The notes beneath the pieces are model-generated. The model was not told the origin of the DNA. It ran no database searches and saw nothing but the letters and a program-made list of their open reading frames with translations. A stretch of 64,000 nucleotides of DNA, taken from NCBI GenBank assembly GCA_043228905.1, contig JBHGNT010000020.1:8370001-8434000 (forward strand), written 5' to 3'. Shown piece by piece: positions 49,508-63,560 of the stretch. Within the stretch, counting starts at the first letter, position 1; each line of letters begins with the position of its first letter. Source of the stretch: Azolla caroliniana. Lineage: Eukaryota; Plantae; Polypodiophyta. A program made the translations under genes and the position numbers.

Positions 49508-50461
49508 ATGGCCGCCACTCCGCCGCCGCTTCCCCTTCATGAGCTGGTGGCGGATCCTCGTCTACAAACACATCAGCGCTACGCAAAACCTGCCTTCATC
49601 CTCCGTTCCCTCCTCCTCCTCCCCCTCCTCCTCATCTACCGCCTCCGCCCTTCCTACTACTATTACCACCACCATCATCATCATGACTTGCCCCACCTCT
49701 TCCTCCTCGCCACCGCCTTCCTCTGCGAGCTTTGGCTCTCGTTGCAAGCCCACCTCTCCGTTTTCCCCAGGTTGCGTCTCATACAACGCCTGGTTCACCC
49801 CTCCAGGCTCTTCTTGCCCACTGCCCATGCCCATGCCCATGCCCATGGACAGCTGCTGGATGAGCTGCCCCCTGTGGATGTCTTCGTCACCACCGCCGAC
49901 CCTCTCAAGGAACCCCCCATCATCACCCTCAACACCCTGCTCTCAGCTCTCGCACTCGACTACTCGCCACGTCGCCTCTCCTGCTACGTCTCCGACGATG
50001 CCGGATCCCTCCTCAACCTTTGGGCCATCAAGCTCGCCGCCGCTTTCGCCACCCACTGGGTTCCATTCTGCCGACGCTTCCCCTCCATCACACCTCGAGC
50101 TCCAGGCCCGCATTTTGCCAAGCATAAACATGCACCCGACTCGACACACGTGCCAAACGCTTCCTCCTCTCATGCATCGGGTTTTGCCGCTGAATGGACA
50201 ACTATGAAGGTACGTAGGTCTTAACTGATGATCCCGCACAATCTCTGCCTGGTTTTATAGGAATAATTGTTGGATGATGGAGACGAGTACGCATATGTAA
50301 AAAAACATTTGAAGGACAGGCCAAGTACAAGGAGCTGGAGCGCAGGGTGACATCCATGACGCAGAGATATGGAGATCATCGCTCCAAGGCAGAGGCTCTG
50401 AAGATGATGCTTGCAGACGTAATGATGGAGACTGGGTTGATTCATAGTTACAGCAGATTAG

Positions 50462-50492
<31 letters not shown>

Positions 50493-51296
50493 GGATGATG
50501 AGGGTTACATGGGCCGTCTGAAGCGCTCCGTTTTGTCAGAATCATGGGCAGCTGTGGACTACGATTCACGGCATCACCACGCTTACTGTGAAGTGAGCAT
50601 CTTCACTACTATCTACTATCTACTATCTACTACTGCTCCTACTACACACATACATATATATCCAATTAATGGGGTTGTTTCGATTTTGTTATCTGCTGCT
50701 GCAGGTTCTGATAGACAAATCTCAAGAGGAGGAGGAAGGGCTGCCTTGCCTGGTGTATATGTCCCGAGAGAAGAGCCTTCAACGCAAGCACCACTATAAA
50801 GCCGGCAACATGAATGCGCTGGTCTTCAATCTCTCTCTCTCTCTCTCTTCCTCTCTGTGTGAATAATCTTAACCTCAATCAATTACAATCGCATTTTACT
50901 TGTTTATGTAAGATGTCATCAATCCAATCCAATCCACCCTGCTAATGCATGTGCTGCACGTTACATATGACATAACATATTAACCAGATTCGTGTGTCCG
51001 GCATCTTTACAAACGCACCCTTCATCCTCAACCTTGATTGTGATACATACGCCACCGATGGTAAAGCGCTCCTACAAGCCATGTGCTTCTTCATGGATTC
51101 CGCCATTAATCCTCAGCTAGGCTTCGTCCAGTTCCCACAGATTTATGAAGGGATGGATGGAGGTGACACGTTTGTCGCTGCTCTCGAGGTACCCATATTT
51201 TCATCAGTTGCATAATATCAACAGTACATTCACTTTTGGCGATTATTTCTCCAATCACTTACATTCTTTTTTCGCATAGATAATGGAGAAACGTAT

Positions 51297-51337
<41 letters not shown>

Positions 51338-54300
51338 AAACAATGAAAAGAATACGTCTTTTATGACTGTCAATATATTAAGAAAATGTCTGAACCCTGA
51401 TCGCAAAGGAGAAACAAAAAAGAAACAAAAACGGTAGAACTACGGAAAAGGTGCAGTGCACGGGATGCATCAATTAATGTCAAATTGTAATGAACTTGCT
51501 AATTCAAACAGAGTTATTCGATCATGTCCAACATAGGAGTAATATGGTACAGTAAACGTTCTTGGGCAAACTCTTTTGATTCCAATCGGAAGTTTTTTCC
51601 TGTTCCTGCTTCTCGTTAACCTAACTGTTTTTTTCAGAATCCTTATTGGCCATTTTCTTTCTAATGCACATGTCATTGGGAACAAAGAAATCCTTTTTTT
51701 ATTTATTTACTAGTTTACTAGTTTTCTTTGTAAATTCTCATAATTGAACCATCATATAACCTAAGATATGATCTCCTCCGCATTAACCTAATATGATTTC
51801 CAATAGACAACTTTCCCTAATTATTGTCTCATCTTCTAAGGCTTTGCCAACTAGTTGTTGAGTTGGAATCTGCTAACTGTTTGGCTTTGGTCTTAACCGG
51901 TTTCCTCTTTTGGAAGTTTTCAAACTTGAACGAACGAATCTGAACCGATCCCTTTATAGGTGAAGGCATAATCGGTTTGGTCCAAACCAGTTTGCCAAGG
52001 ATCAAGCCAAACCCAACCTAGCTCAAACCGGTTAAGGAAGCTCAAGACTGAACCAAACCGCGAACGGCTCAGTTCTGGCTTGAACAAAGAATAAAGAGTG
52101 AAACCAAACGGAAGAATGATTCGATAACCCCCTCCAACTAGTCCACATGGACTCAACTCAACCCCTATCTTGAAATATATATTGTTAACGTATATTGATG
52201 TACTTCACTCGTTTCACGATTGCCACTTTTGATCAAGTCTTTGAAATATCGAAAGCCTAATCTTAAACGTGCAATAAATCAACAAGGTATACCCGTCAAA
52301 GAACTTAACCAAAGTGCCCAAATCATTGAAATTGTTGTCAAATTCACATAGTTTGTGCCACATTTGTTAGGTATAGCAACCTTCATTGCTACAGGGTTAT
52401 TGATTATATGACCCAAAAGGTAAAACTGTTTACATTTATTCCACCAATGAAATTAGTAAGAAGGATGTCAAAGTAATCAAAGAAGGGGGTGCACATGTCT
52501 CCTGTCCCACTAACGAACAATGTGTGGAAAATACTAGCAATTATGACATTTCACCATCATTCAATTCACTTAGTCCTGCACCTGCAATTGCTCACAAAGT
52601 TCAATTTGTACTGACGCACAAACAATTCCGATTTTCTTTTTGCATATCATAACTACAAAATTTAGTTCACATCAAATGTTCTTGATGATGAATCAATTAT
52701 GAATGAAGCATTCGAAGTCCAAATAATGTTGAATGGCAAGGACCCATAGACAAAGAACATGAATCGTCAACTCTCCCCATAGGACCCTCACCTTTCTAAT
52801 GCAAATGGGTGTTGAAGATAAAACAACACTTTCATGGTGTAGCTCGATTTTTGGTGGGTGGTTTCTCTCAGGTTGAAGGACATCGTTATTTTGATACATT
52901 TTCACCTGTTCACAATATGGCATCATTCCTACTCCTTATGGCTCCGACCACCATTTTTTAGCTTGAAATTCATCATTTGGATGTACAAACAATATTCCTA
53001 CATGATGACCTACTAGAATAAATCGACATTTAACAATCTCTTCCATTTGAGCCAAAATCTTAACTGAACTATGTTTATCTATTCCATCTATCTTTCTATG
53101 GATTTAAACATTATATGTACATTATGTAGAATAACAGAGACACTGAGAGACAGAGATAAAAGCCTTATATTTTCCAACACATTACGCATAGTCATACATC
53201 TAGTTGACTGTTAGTACCAACACTACATGTAGAGGACATTCTTGAAGTTGGACACCATATGAATTTACTCTGCGAAGCTAGAACATTTTAAAGAATTTTT
53301 ATAATTATTATAGATTCAAGTCCTTTATCTTATTTCAGAGGTATGCAAATTATGCATATGGTAGTCTAGAAACTCTCATTATTTATCAAAATAAATTCAT
53401 CACTAAAATTTTGAAATCATTCATCACGCTAAAAATTAAACATTGTATTGTCCTTGACATGAGAATTGAATGTTTCAGATGGCCCAACTATAGAAAACGA
53501 TATTGATTTTATGATGCAATTTCCTATTAAACAATGAATAGGAAAGCTTCAATATTAAGTTACGGGATACATAGTTTTTTCAACTTTTAAGTATAACCCT
53601 TTTAATGCATGAAAAATCATTAGAGAGTTATGCGGACAAACCCCACATCTAGTTATTGTTAATCAAAAAAATAACTAATTAAATCACTACAATTGAAAAT
53701 CTTCTACGACAATATATCATGCATCTACCGGAGAAAGAATGTAAACCATTAAGAGAAAACGAAGCATGAAAATCTACAATACCACTTTATAAGTGAGTTG
53801 ATCGAAGGAAACAAGCTATATTAGAGAATACATCGACAAATTTTATGTGGGTTGATTCCCTAACAAAGGCTCTATCTCCTGCAAATGTTGTGAAGAGTCA
53901 GCAATGTTGACAACCATTGTGTGTGTGCCGTAATGATGGCGTAGGTGTTTTTCAAAGGATGGGATGGTGCCCAAGGTCCATCATATGTTGGGACTTCTTG
54001 TGTACATAAAAGAGAGGTCTTGTATGGGAAGACACCAGATGGTATCTGTGTCAATAGTAAGTTATAAGCTCATCATTCTCACTACATAACGATTCATTGG
54101 GCTTGTAACAATATAAGAATTACTTGATGGATAATTAGCTTGACCCTCAATGTAGGTCTGGAAAGCAAAGACCTAGGATCCTCTGCACAATTGATCAGCT
54201 GTGCTGCAAGGATATTATTGACAAACCTGAGCAATGATGGCAAGAACCATGGTGTCCTACGAGGAGACCCTTTTGTAGAGGAGGCAATTGAATTGCTTGG

Positions 54301-55652
54301 CTGTAGATATGAAGATGGAACCAATTGGGGCAAAGAGGTAAGTGGGAATCATATAACATGTATGTACAATATGATGAATAGACAATGAATGTAGTGTTTA
54401 GCCCCGTGAATTTTCGGTGTCGAAAACCGGACAATCTATAGGTCGGATTACTTTATGGATCTGTAACAGAGGATGCACTCACTGGTCTCAAACTACATGG
54501 GAGGGGATGGAAATCGGTATTGTGCTCACCCAAGGATGCGGCATTTTTGGGTGGTTTACCAACAACAGTCGAGGAAGTGTTAAAAACCAGAAAGCGATGG
54601 TCGACAGGAGTAATGGAGATAATAGTGGGCACCAATTCTCCCTTCTCGTTTACACGCTTGCCCAAACTCAGCATGATCCAAAGGCTCAATTACATCTGCG
54701 TGATCAATTCCTTTGTAATGGGCATCCCGATGGCGACATATGCACTACTGCCCTGCACATCATTGTTGATGGGGAGGCCTTTATTCCCAAAGGTAGGTAA
54801 ATATTACATTTTCTACTCAGAATGTAGTAGTATTTTGTTGGCTCATATGAGTAGTAGGAAGTTTTTGGCCTTTCTTTTACATGCATTTTCATGGAAAATG
54901 TGATCTAGATCTGACAACGCATGTCAAACAGAAAAGCTGAGTAGGTAATTTTTGACAAATTCCAAATGCCTGATGATGAACAGGTGGAAGAGAATCCCAT
55001 GTGGCTGTTGTTAGGGTTAACTGCATTTGTTGGCGCCTATGGCTGCACATATGTGGAATCCATGATATTGGGGGGGGTAAGCCTACAGGCATGGTGGATG
55101 GGGGAGAAGATGGAGGCACTCACAGCCACATCCTCCACTCTCTTTGCGGCCTACGATGTGCTCAAGAAACTCATGGGAATCTCAGACACCAAGTTCGAAG
55201 TAACGCCCAAAGACAAATTACTGAAGGATGAAGATACGACAAAGACGAAGCGAAAAGGAGAAGAAGCAGAAGCAGCGGTGAGCGGTGGGGTTGCTGTGAA
55301 CAGCAAATTGAAGCTATTTGTGCCTCCGACGGTTATCGTTATGCTGAACCTTGCGGCCCTCTCGCAGTTTCTGCTCTCCTCTCTGCTCATCCCATCGCTG
55401 TGGTCCACTTCATCCGCCATGGCCAGCAGCAGCAGCAGCAGGAGGAGGAGGGTTGATGCGGTGATGAAGGTGGAGGCGTGGTGCTGCGCGTGGGTCCTGC
55501 TTCTCCTGCAACCCATCGTGAAGGGCCTGTTTCTGTGGTGCAGCGGACACCGAAGATCGCCTCTCGCACTTCACTCCTCCATCGTCTTCCTCTCCTCCTC
55601 CTGCTCTTTCATCGCTTTCTGCATCATCAGCCTCATGATGGGGAAACTTTGA
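49508..55652 (+). CDS. Cellulose synthase-like GT2 protein (CslB/E/G/H-like group), copy 1, 8 exons: 49508-50209, 50320-50592, 50705-50821, 50988-51188, 53945-54041, 54156-54337, 54442-54792, 54984-55652
   Basis: [74 protein letters not shown]-terminal TM helices; no N-terminal RING; GT-AG introns. Confidence 0.92.
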
Positions 55653-56329
55653 AGGCTTCGTTCGTAGCCCATCCAAACCATTCCATTCCTTCTTCTGCTC
55701 ATCCAATCCAATCCAATCCAATCCAATCCAATCCAATCCATTCCATAGATGATAGATAGCCCTTCTTCCGCTCTGCCTGCTCGATGATGGCAGTTGTGGT
55801 GGCTCTTCCAAAATTCTGATCCAAATAATTTAATTCCCAGTGCCTCACTTAATTATGTGTGTGTCCACCATTGTGTAGTGTGATGTTGGCTATTGGGTCA
55901 CATAATATTTAGTTCCTTATCTGGACTATACATTGTTGGGATAGGCAGAGATTTGTCCATGGTTTATATATTGGTAAAACACGCTATTCAAGCAACTCAA
56001 TATGAAACACAATGGAATTGATCCAATGAACCGATTCGATTCTTAGGGGTTGCTTTGTCTGGGATCCTAAGCTTCTATTCGAGCTGGATCCAAATATTCA
56101 TTCCCCACATCGTTGTTTGTTGGCGAAGCAATAACTTGTGCGTAGCCATTATGTCCCTTATCGTATGAGAAGGGAGCGCATTTAGTACCTTTTCTTTTGA
56201 GCGTTATCTTTTGAGCGACATATCTCTAAACCTGAGCATTATCTTTTGAGCGACATATCTCTAAACCTCTAATCAAGATCATGCACACACTAAGTTATCC
56301 ACTATCAATATGACTACATATCATAATGT

Positions 56330-57370
56330 TTTAGCTAAATTAACTAAGAAGAATTATAAAAACTAGAAGTCGACAATAGAATTGGTGGTTGGATATTGAA
56401 GGGCTTTTTAAAGTTGTGGATGGCACCTTGGAAGAACAAATAGCCAAAACCTCAGAAGAATGGAAAACATGGAATGCTCAGGATAAAGGGGCACGCTTGG
56501 ATCCTACTATTTGTAGACAACAAGCAAGTACATATTATGTGGAGACTCGCCATGATTGTTTCAATGTAAGCAAAGCTCAAAGAGTTGTACAAGCCACCCA
56601 CGTGATGGTATGATTAAGTTACATACATTAAATGAATTATTCAATATGTGTCTGTCGCAGGAGGAGAAAGATGTTTCTACCTTCCAAGCTATTTGGGAGG
56701 AAACCATGGATGATGTTATAATCTATTACAGCCGGCAACCTCCTCCCATAAGATATAAAGACAGGCTTGATACAACACAAACATCTTGGGTCGTGGGGAA
56801 CATTCACTAACATGAATATCAACATTAAATCACCTTTAGAGTTACTCACAAGGATTCATCATGAGGACATTTGATGACAAAAGGTAGTTGCAAATCAGCT
56901 AATGGCCATGGTTGCTTTAGTCAATAGACATCAACAGTAAAAATCGACAAAAACATAAATCTTGGAAAGGTAAAGCCTCAAACAAATTAAGTAACAAAAA
57001 TGATGAACAGAGAAGTTATACACATGGCACTCAACAAAGTGGAAGTTTCAATGTGACATATAGGTATTGTAAACGGAATGGACATACAGAAATCTGAAAG
57101 AGTGTGTCTATTCAAGCAACCTTATCTAAATAAAGCAAGCCAAGCCGGCCACAAAGCACACAATGTACAAATCCAAGAAGTTAATATTGATAAATCTCAA
57201 TATATACCTTGGATAATGGAGAAGATCAAAATGAAAAAGTATACATCCAAGCATATCAGTTCAATATCGATGAACAAGGAAAGAAACAAGATCATGATAC
57301 CTAGTTTCTCGATATGGGTGTTACACACCATCTTACATATAAGAATAGAAAAAACAAGAAAGATTACCGA
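56330..57370 (+). mobile_element. Highly degenerate Copia gag/protease remnant
   Basis: GLFKVVDGT...WNAQDKGAR gag-like segment; FLDMGVTHH protease-like motif near 57305. Confidence 0.55.
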
Positions 57371-57471
57371 AGTTCCTTTGTTCATTGCTGTTTGGAACAA
57401 GGTCGACCGCACGTGGATCGATCGCCATCCATCAAGAAGACAAAACCAACAAAAGAAACATTAGAACATGA

Positions 57472-57940
57472 GCTCGGATACCAACTATTAGAGACATGAA
57501 CTAATGTAAGCATAAAATAAGGATAAAAGATAGATCTAGATAGAAAGAAGAGAGAGAAAGAAGGGTGCCGATCCACCCGACCACCCCCGAGCGAAGGGAT
57601 CGTGATGGACTCAAGCTTCGATTAGCGTCCCATACCACCGTCGTGGCGTCGAATCGTACCTGGTGTTGGCGCGCTTGCTACAAGAGTTGACCCACCATAA
57701 GACAGAATCTCGACGTAGTCAACAAAATGATGAAATGAGGGTAGCTAGGCCTCTTATTTATAGCGATACCCAAGGCCCCTAGGTAAGTTCACACTTGGCC
57801 TATTGGGTTGTCTCAATCCCGAGGATTAAAAGTAATCCTCCCCTTCTTTATGCTCTCGTTTAACCCTCACACTTATCCACGTGGCTAGAATACTACGGTA
57901 AATTCTCACCACGGGATATTATATGGTCATGCCCGTAACA
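57472..57940 (-). mobile_element. LTR with PBS (TGGTATCCGAGC), same family as the inverted pair at 32832-33735
   Basis: Starts TGTTACGGGCATGACCATAT on the minus strand at 57940; iMet-type PBS at 57472-57483. Confidence 0.85.
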
Positions 57941-58139
57941 TAATCATTGTATACATGAGCGTTAAGTGGTGACATGCCCTTAACCCTTTATGCATGTGAG
58001 ACCCTATATAAAGGGTCTCTCATCTTATGTAAAGGAGGAATAGAAGAAAGAAGGGAAGAAACCACCTCCAAAGCAAGTATTTAAAATGATATTTTCATAG
58101 AAGGGCAAATAGTGGGTTTCAAACTTAATTGGGAATCAA

Positions 58140-58335
58140 CAACAATTTGGTTTAGGCTTAGTTTCCAAACCAAACTGGTTTCGGCTAACCGTCTTGGTAA
58201 CCGGATTGAGCAATCCCAAACCAAGCTGAAGCCGGTTAAGGAAAAGCTCTCAAGCCTAAACCGAACCAAACCAAACCGCCAAACCGTAGTTTGGTGGTTC
58301 AGTTTAGGCTTGAGTTGAGCCTTTGCCGATTCCTA
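58140..58335. mobile_element. Right end of a hAT-type element related to 26492-27474
   Basis: AAACCG and CGGTT subterminal repeats ending in TTGCCGATTCCTA; similar repeats at ~51890-52120. Confidence 0.55.
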
Positions 58336-58619
58336 AACTTAACACCCTTCTTCCTTAAAGGAATGTAAAGGAATGCAAATATTACTTGGAAAACTATTTT
58401 ATTTCTTAAATATATAGCCAACCTAATCATTGTATACATGAGCATTAAGTGGTGACATGCCCTTAGCCTTTTATGCATGTGAGACCCTATATAAAGGGTC
58501 TCTCATCTTATGTAAAGTACATAATCTATATGACCCCATGGGTAAGGTGTTAAAAGATGAATGCCAGGGTCGAGGGTTTGAGCTTTGGTTGTAACCATTA
58601 TTCATGACAATTGTTAATC

Positions 58620-59590
58620 CACGTTGCTTTAAAGGTGATCCCAAAGGTAAACCCCTAATCAATACTCTCCAAGTGAAGACCTTTGCTATTAGTAGTACTT
58701 TAGAATACCAACAACTATGTTTCAAGATTTGCCACCATCAATAATTAGAGTTGTGTACCTTCCATTCTTGTTTAGCATTCAAATATAGTCATCAAAGAGA
58801 CTAACGGAGCAATGGTACAAGAGACTAGTATTCACTTGTAAAAACGACATCTAATCCATAAACACTAATCAACCCATGATGGTTCTTTGGTAAGTAGAAG
58901 TAAAGGACCTCACATTAATGTTATATTTTGTAGTTGTTGTCATACAAAACCATAATTGAGCAGGATGCGTAAAATAATTCATGTGCTTCAACAAACACCA
59001 GATTTCTTTGAAATTGAGCCTCAATGACATCTCTCCTCTTTAACCCCAAATAAAGCAAACAACGAATTGAGAGCACAATCTCTCCTTTGCAAAACAGCAT
59101 AATAACTAAGAAGACACCAATAATGTTATGGCCATTATGGAAATGTCGATGTGACCGACTTTATGATGCGATAAGTCAACATCTCTCAGATGTCTTGCTT
59201 AAGATATGGGAGAACGTGCTGGCAGTAGTCCGTGGCTAGTATGACAATATGCATGGTTCCCTAAAGATTGTGAACAAGAGAAGGAAGAAGCTTCTTCACT
59301 TATGGAAAAAGTTGCCCCTGTTTACACGGTCAACTCAAGGGCCTCAATGACACTATCAACTTCCATGGACCCTTTCTTGAATATCAGTAAATCATGGTAG
59401 TGTGCATCAACAAATTCCAACACCTTCTACAAAGTCTTATCTTTGGTCTTAGGATTATTGTACATCATTGTACATAAAAAGTTGTAAGCTTATGGGCAGA
59501 CAAGCTCAAGTTGTAGCCTTCGAGTGTTTTTTCTTAATACTATTGAAGAAAGTCTTTGAAGAAAAAAGGAAAGAAAAGAAAAGAAAAGAA
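58620..59590. mobile_element. Degenerate LINE fragments (minus-strand KVFTWRVLIRGLP segment; plus-strand 3' end with A-rich tail)
   Basis: Similarity to the C-terminal region of the L1 at 38700-39500; A-rich tail ~59560-59590. Confidence 0.45.
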
Positions 59591-61118
59591 CAAGACACCA
59601 ATAACTCTTTTTGCAAATACTTACAATTCTCTACAAGATGATGGCCTCCATACAAATAGGAGAGTACTTCTTACCATGAGACAACCAAGTGTTGAACACA
59701 TTAAGAATGAGTAATTCTCTCTCTCTCTCATTTTCTATTATGGTGCATTCAAGATATTTGGTAGTAGTTTGTTGAGAGCTTCACATGATGTTCGAGCATG
59801 AGGATTAACCACTACCATAATTGGTTAGCCTACTTGCATATTTCTATTGAAGCCTATAACTAGCTTATTTGCATTATGAGAATTGTCAATTTTTAGAGTA
59901 AAATGAAAGCAAAAAGAAAGAGGGGTGAGTTTTAGGTAATATTTTTAGGGGGGTGTAACACATCCGATGTGTTGAGGGGTTCTATGATTGGAACCGCAAC
60001 ACCCACCTCGACGGATTGAGGTGAGGGCCTTTCCCGACGGATAGAGAAGGTGCCCATGACTCAAGGTAAGAGTCGTGGGCTTCTAAGTCTTCTCGATGGA
60101 TGGAGAAGACACCCATGACCCAAGCAAGGTGTGAGGCATGGGTTGTATGTGTTCAATTGCCAAGGTGCACATTGGGAATGTAACCTCTAGTGCATTGAAT
60201 ACCCCAAAGTACTCAAGTACCTTTGTGGGGAAAGGGAATCTCCCTATGCATTCAAATAACCTAATGTAGTCAAGTCCTATGTGTGGGAATGGAATCTCCC
60301 TAGGCATTCAATAAACTTTAAATGTAGTCAAGTACCTATGTGGGGGATTGGAATCTCCCTAGTGATTGTACTCAATACCATTATGATTGATATAGTATGA
60401 GAGAATAAAGAGGATCTTCTATATAAGTTGGACAGAGGGTGGTTGGGTGGAGGTTCAACGGATCCAAGCTCTCTGTCTTAGTCATTTATCCCCTTAGTCA
60501 TTTATCCCCATAGTCGAAGAGCGTTGACATGCGAGTCCGAATTCGATCGGCGATCTAATTTTGTATCACAAAAAAATTATATTTATGAATTCTTTAAAAT
60601 TCTAGCTAGAATCACTTGTGAATCTCACCCACATTAGCCCGACGAAGTCACTCCCTAGATGAAATACGTACGCACTATCAAGTACCTAGTACGTTCCCAA
60701 AACATTGTTTTAATATCTTGTTCAGTAGGTGTAATATCAACATCTTAGACTTTGTACTCCTAAGAACATCAATGGTGAGCCTCAACTTTGAAGTGGACAG
60801 CTCGCACACCTAGCAATTGCTTCGGAGCTTAGTATTTCGAAAGCAAGGTTCGCTCTTAACATTCCAGTGAACTGAGGAGAAATCAACATTCCCTTCATTT
60901 GTTGGCTTGGTTGGGGGTGTGGTAATGAGAGAGGACACGCCCCGATCTCTATATGTTTCTAGTGATCGATCCATCACAACCAACTCAACGTGTGGACCAC
61001 ATAACAGTTATCCCCTCTCTATTTACATTGATTTATGGGAGACGGGTGGGGATGTGTGTGTGTGTGTGTTGTAGTAACTACTAGCAACTCCGCTTCCCCC
61101 CCCCCCCCCCCCCCCAAG

Positions 61119-62081
61119 ATGGCCGCCAATCCACCGCCGCCTCCCCTTCATGAGCTGGTGGCGGATCCTCGTCTACAAACACATCAGCGCTACGCAAAAC
61201 CTGCCTTCATCCTCCGTTCCCTCCTCCTCCTCCCCCTCCTTCCCCTCCTCCTCATCTACCGCCTCCGCCCTTCCTACTACTATTACCACCACCATCATCA
61301 TCATGACTTGCCCCACCTCTTCCTCCTCGCCACCGCCTTCCTCTGCGAGCTTTGGCTCTCGTTGCAAGCCCACCTCTCCGTTTTCCCCAGGTTGCGTCTC
61401 ATACAACGCCTGGTTCACCCCTCCAGGCTCTTCTTGCCCACTACCCATGCCCATGCCCATGCCCATGGACAGCTGCTGGATGCGCTGCCCCCTGTGGATG
61501 TCTTCGTCACCACCGCCGACCCTCTCAAGGAACCCCCCATCATCACCCTCAACACCCTGCTCTCAGCTCTCGCTCTCGACTACTCGCCACGTCGCCTCTC
61601 CTGCTACGTCTCCGACGATGCCGGATCCCTCCTCAACCTCTGGGCCATCAAGCTCGCCGCCACTTTCGCCAGCCACTGGGTTCCATTCTGCCGACGCTTC
61701 CCCTCCATCACACCTCGAGCTCCAGGCCCGCATTTTGCCAAGCATAAACATGCACCCGACTCGACACACGTGCCAAACGCCTCCTCCTCTCATGCTTCGG
61801 GTTTTGCCGCTGAATGGACAACTATGAAGGTACGTAGGTCTTAACTGATGATCCCGCACAATCTCTGCCTGGTTTTATAGGAATAATTGTTGGATGATGG
61901 AGACGATTACGTATATGTAAAAAAACATTTGAAGGACAGGCCAAGTACAAGGAGCTGGAGCGCAGGGTGACATCCATGACGCAGAGATATGGAGATCATC
62001 GCTCCAAGGCAGAGGCTCTGAAGATGATGCTTGCAGACGTAATGATGGAGACTGGGTTGATTCATAGTTACAGCAGATTAG

Positions 62082-62118
<37 letters not shown>

Positions 62119-62819
62119 GGATGATGAGGGTTACATGGGCCGTCTGAAGCGCTCCGTTTTGTCAGAATTATGGGCAGCTGTGGACTACGATTCACGGCAT
62201 CACCACGCTTACTGTGAAGTGAGCACCTTCACTACTATCTACTATCTACTATCTACTACTGCTCCTACTACACACATACATATGCAATTAATGGGGTTGT
62301 TTCGATTTTGTTATCTGCTACTGCAGGTTCTGATAGCCAAATCTCAAGAGGAGGAAGAGGAGGAGGAAGGGTTGCCTTGCCTGGTGTATATGTCCCGAGA
62401 GAAGAGCCTTCAACGCAAGCACCACTATAAAGCCGGCAACATGAATGCGCTGGTCTTCAATCTCTCTCTCTCTCTCTCTTCCTCTCTGTGTGAATAATCT
62501 TAACCTCAATCAATTACAATCGCATTTTACTTGTTTATGTAAGATGTCATCAATCCAATCCAATCCATCCTGCTAATCCATGTGCTGCACGTTACATATG
62601 ACATAACATATTAACCAGATTCGTGTGTCCGGCATCTTTACAAACGCACCCTTCATCCTGAATCTTGATTGTGATACATACGCCATCGATGGCAAAGCGC
62701 TCCTACAAGCCATGTGCTTCTTCATGGATTCCGCCATTAATCCTCAGCTAGGTTTCGTCCAGTTCCCCCAGATTTTTGAAGGGATGGATGGCGATAACAC
62801 GTTTGTCGCCGTTCTCGAG
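61119..62819 (+). CDS. Cellulose synthase-like protein, tandem copy 2, exons 1-4 (remaining exons expected beyond the window)
   Basis: Near-identical to 49508-51188 including introns 1-3. Confidence 0.92.
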
Positions 62820-62986
62820 GTACTCAAATTTTGATCACTTGCATAATATCAACAGTACATTCACTTTTGGCGATTATTTCTCCAATCACTTACATTCTTT
62901 TTTCGCATAGATAATGGAGAAACGTATAATTATATATATAGATATGTATATGATATATCGATGAAAAGAATACACCTTTTATGACG

Positions 62987-63560
62987 TGTCAATGACGAGA
63001 ATTGAAATGCGTGGAATCCCAATCAATCCAAGAAACAATGACCGTCCACAAATAATTAGAAGATTTGATGGGCAAGCTGACATTAAGTAATCGGAAATAA
63101 TAAAAAATAGCAACCAAACACATAAAGAGTTTTATGTGGACACTGGAAACCCCAATCTGGTGAAAAAACCACAAGACACTTTAGGGTACCAAAACTTCCA
63201 CTATAACTCAGTTTACAAGTGGGTACAACCTTGTCAACAATCTTCATCCAACAAGAAGAAGAGCAAGAGATATGAATAAGTAGAACTTTAACTTTGAGGA
63301 TAGGAAACCACGATCCAACTGTTGGATATGAGATTCTTGATGGTAAAAATAACCCCTTAGAATTTCAGTCCAATCGGAGCAGATCAAATTCTAGAGCCAC
63401 AACATCAAATTCTTCTCTTTTTGTTTTGCAGCTCTCTAGAAAGCCACTTTTCTTCACTTAAATATAAGGGCCTTTCTAGATAAGACATCCTTTAATTGGG
63501 TATGGTTCAGGCGTACCAAATATCATTACGACTTCTTCTCCCATGAGGAAGGAAAACACA
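62987..63560. mobile_element. ~570-bp segment in intron 4 of Csl copy 2 absent from copy 1, possibly a solo LTR
   Basis: Copy 1 intron aligns on both sides (ttatgac..tgtcaat and gaaccc..aaggagaaacaaaaa); TG...CA ends plausible; boundaries approximate. Confidence 0.45.

Noticed and set aside
52200-53050. Degenerate DNA transposase in Csl intron 4
   Set aside because: Looks like decayed coding sequence but no diagnostic motif could be read
59953-60460. Solo LTR
   Set aside because: Begins TGTAAC and has internal repeats, but no second terminus or TSD could be fixed
61035-61118. N-terminal extension of Csl copy 2
   Set aside because: Runs through (GT)n and poly-C; the ATG at 61119 matches the copy 1 start
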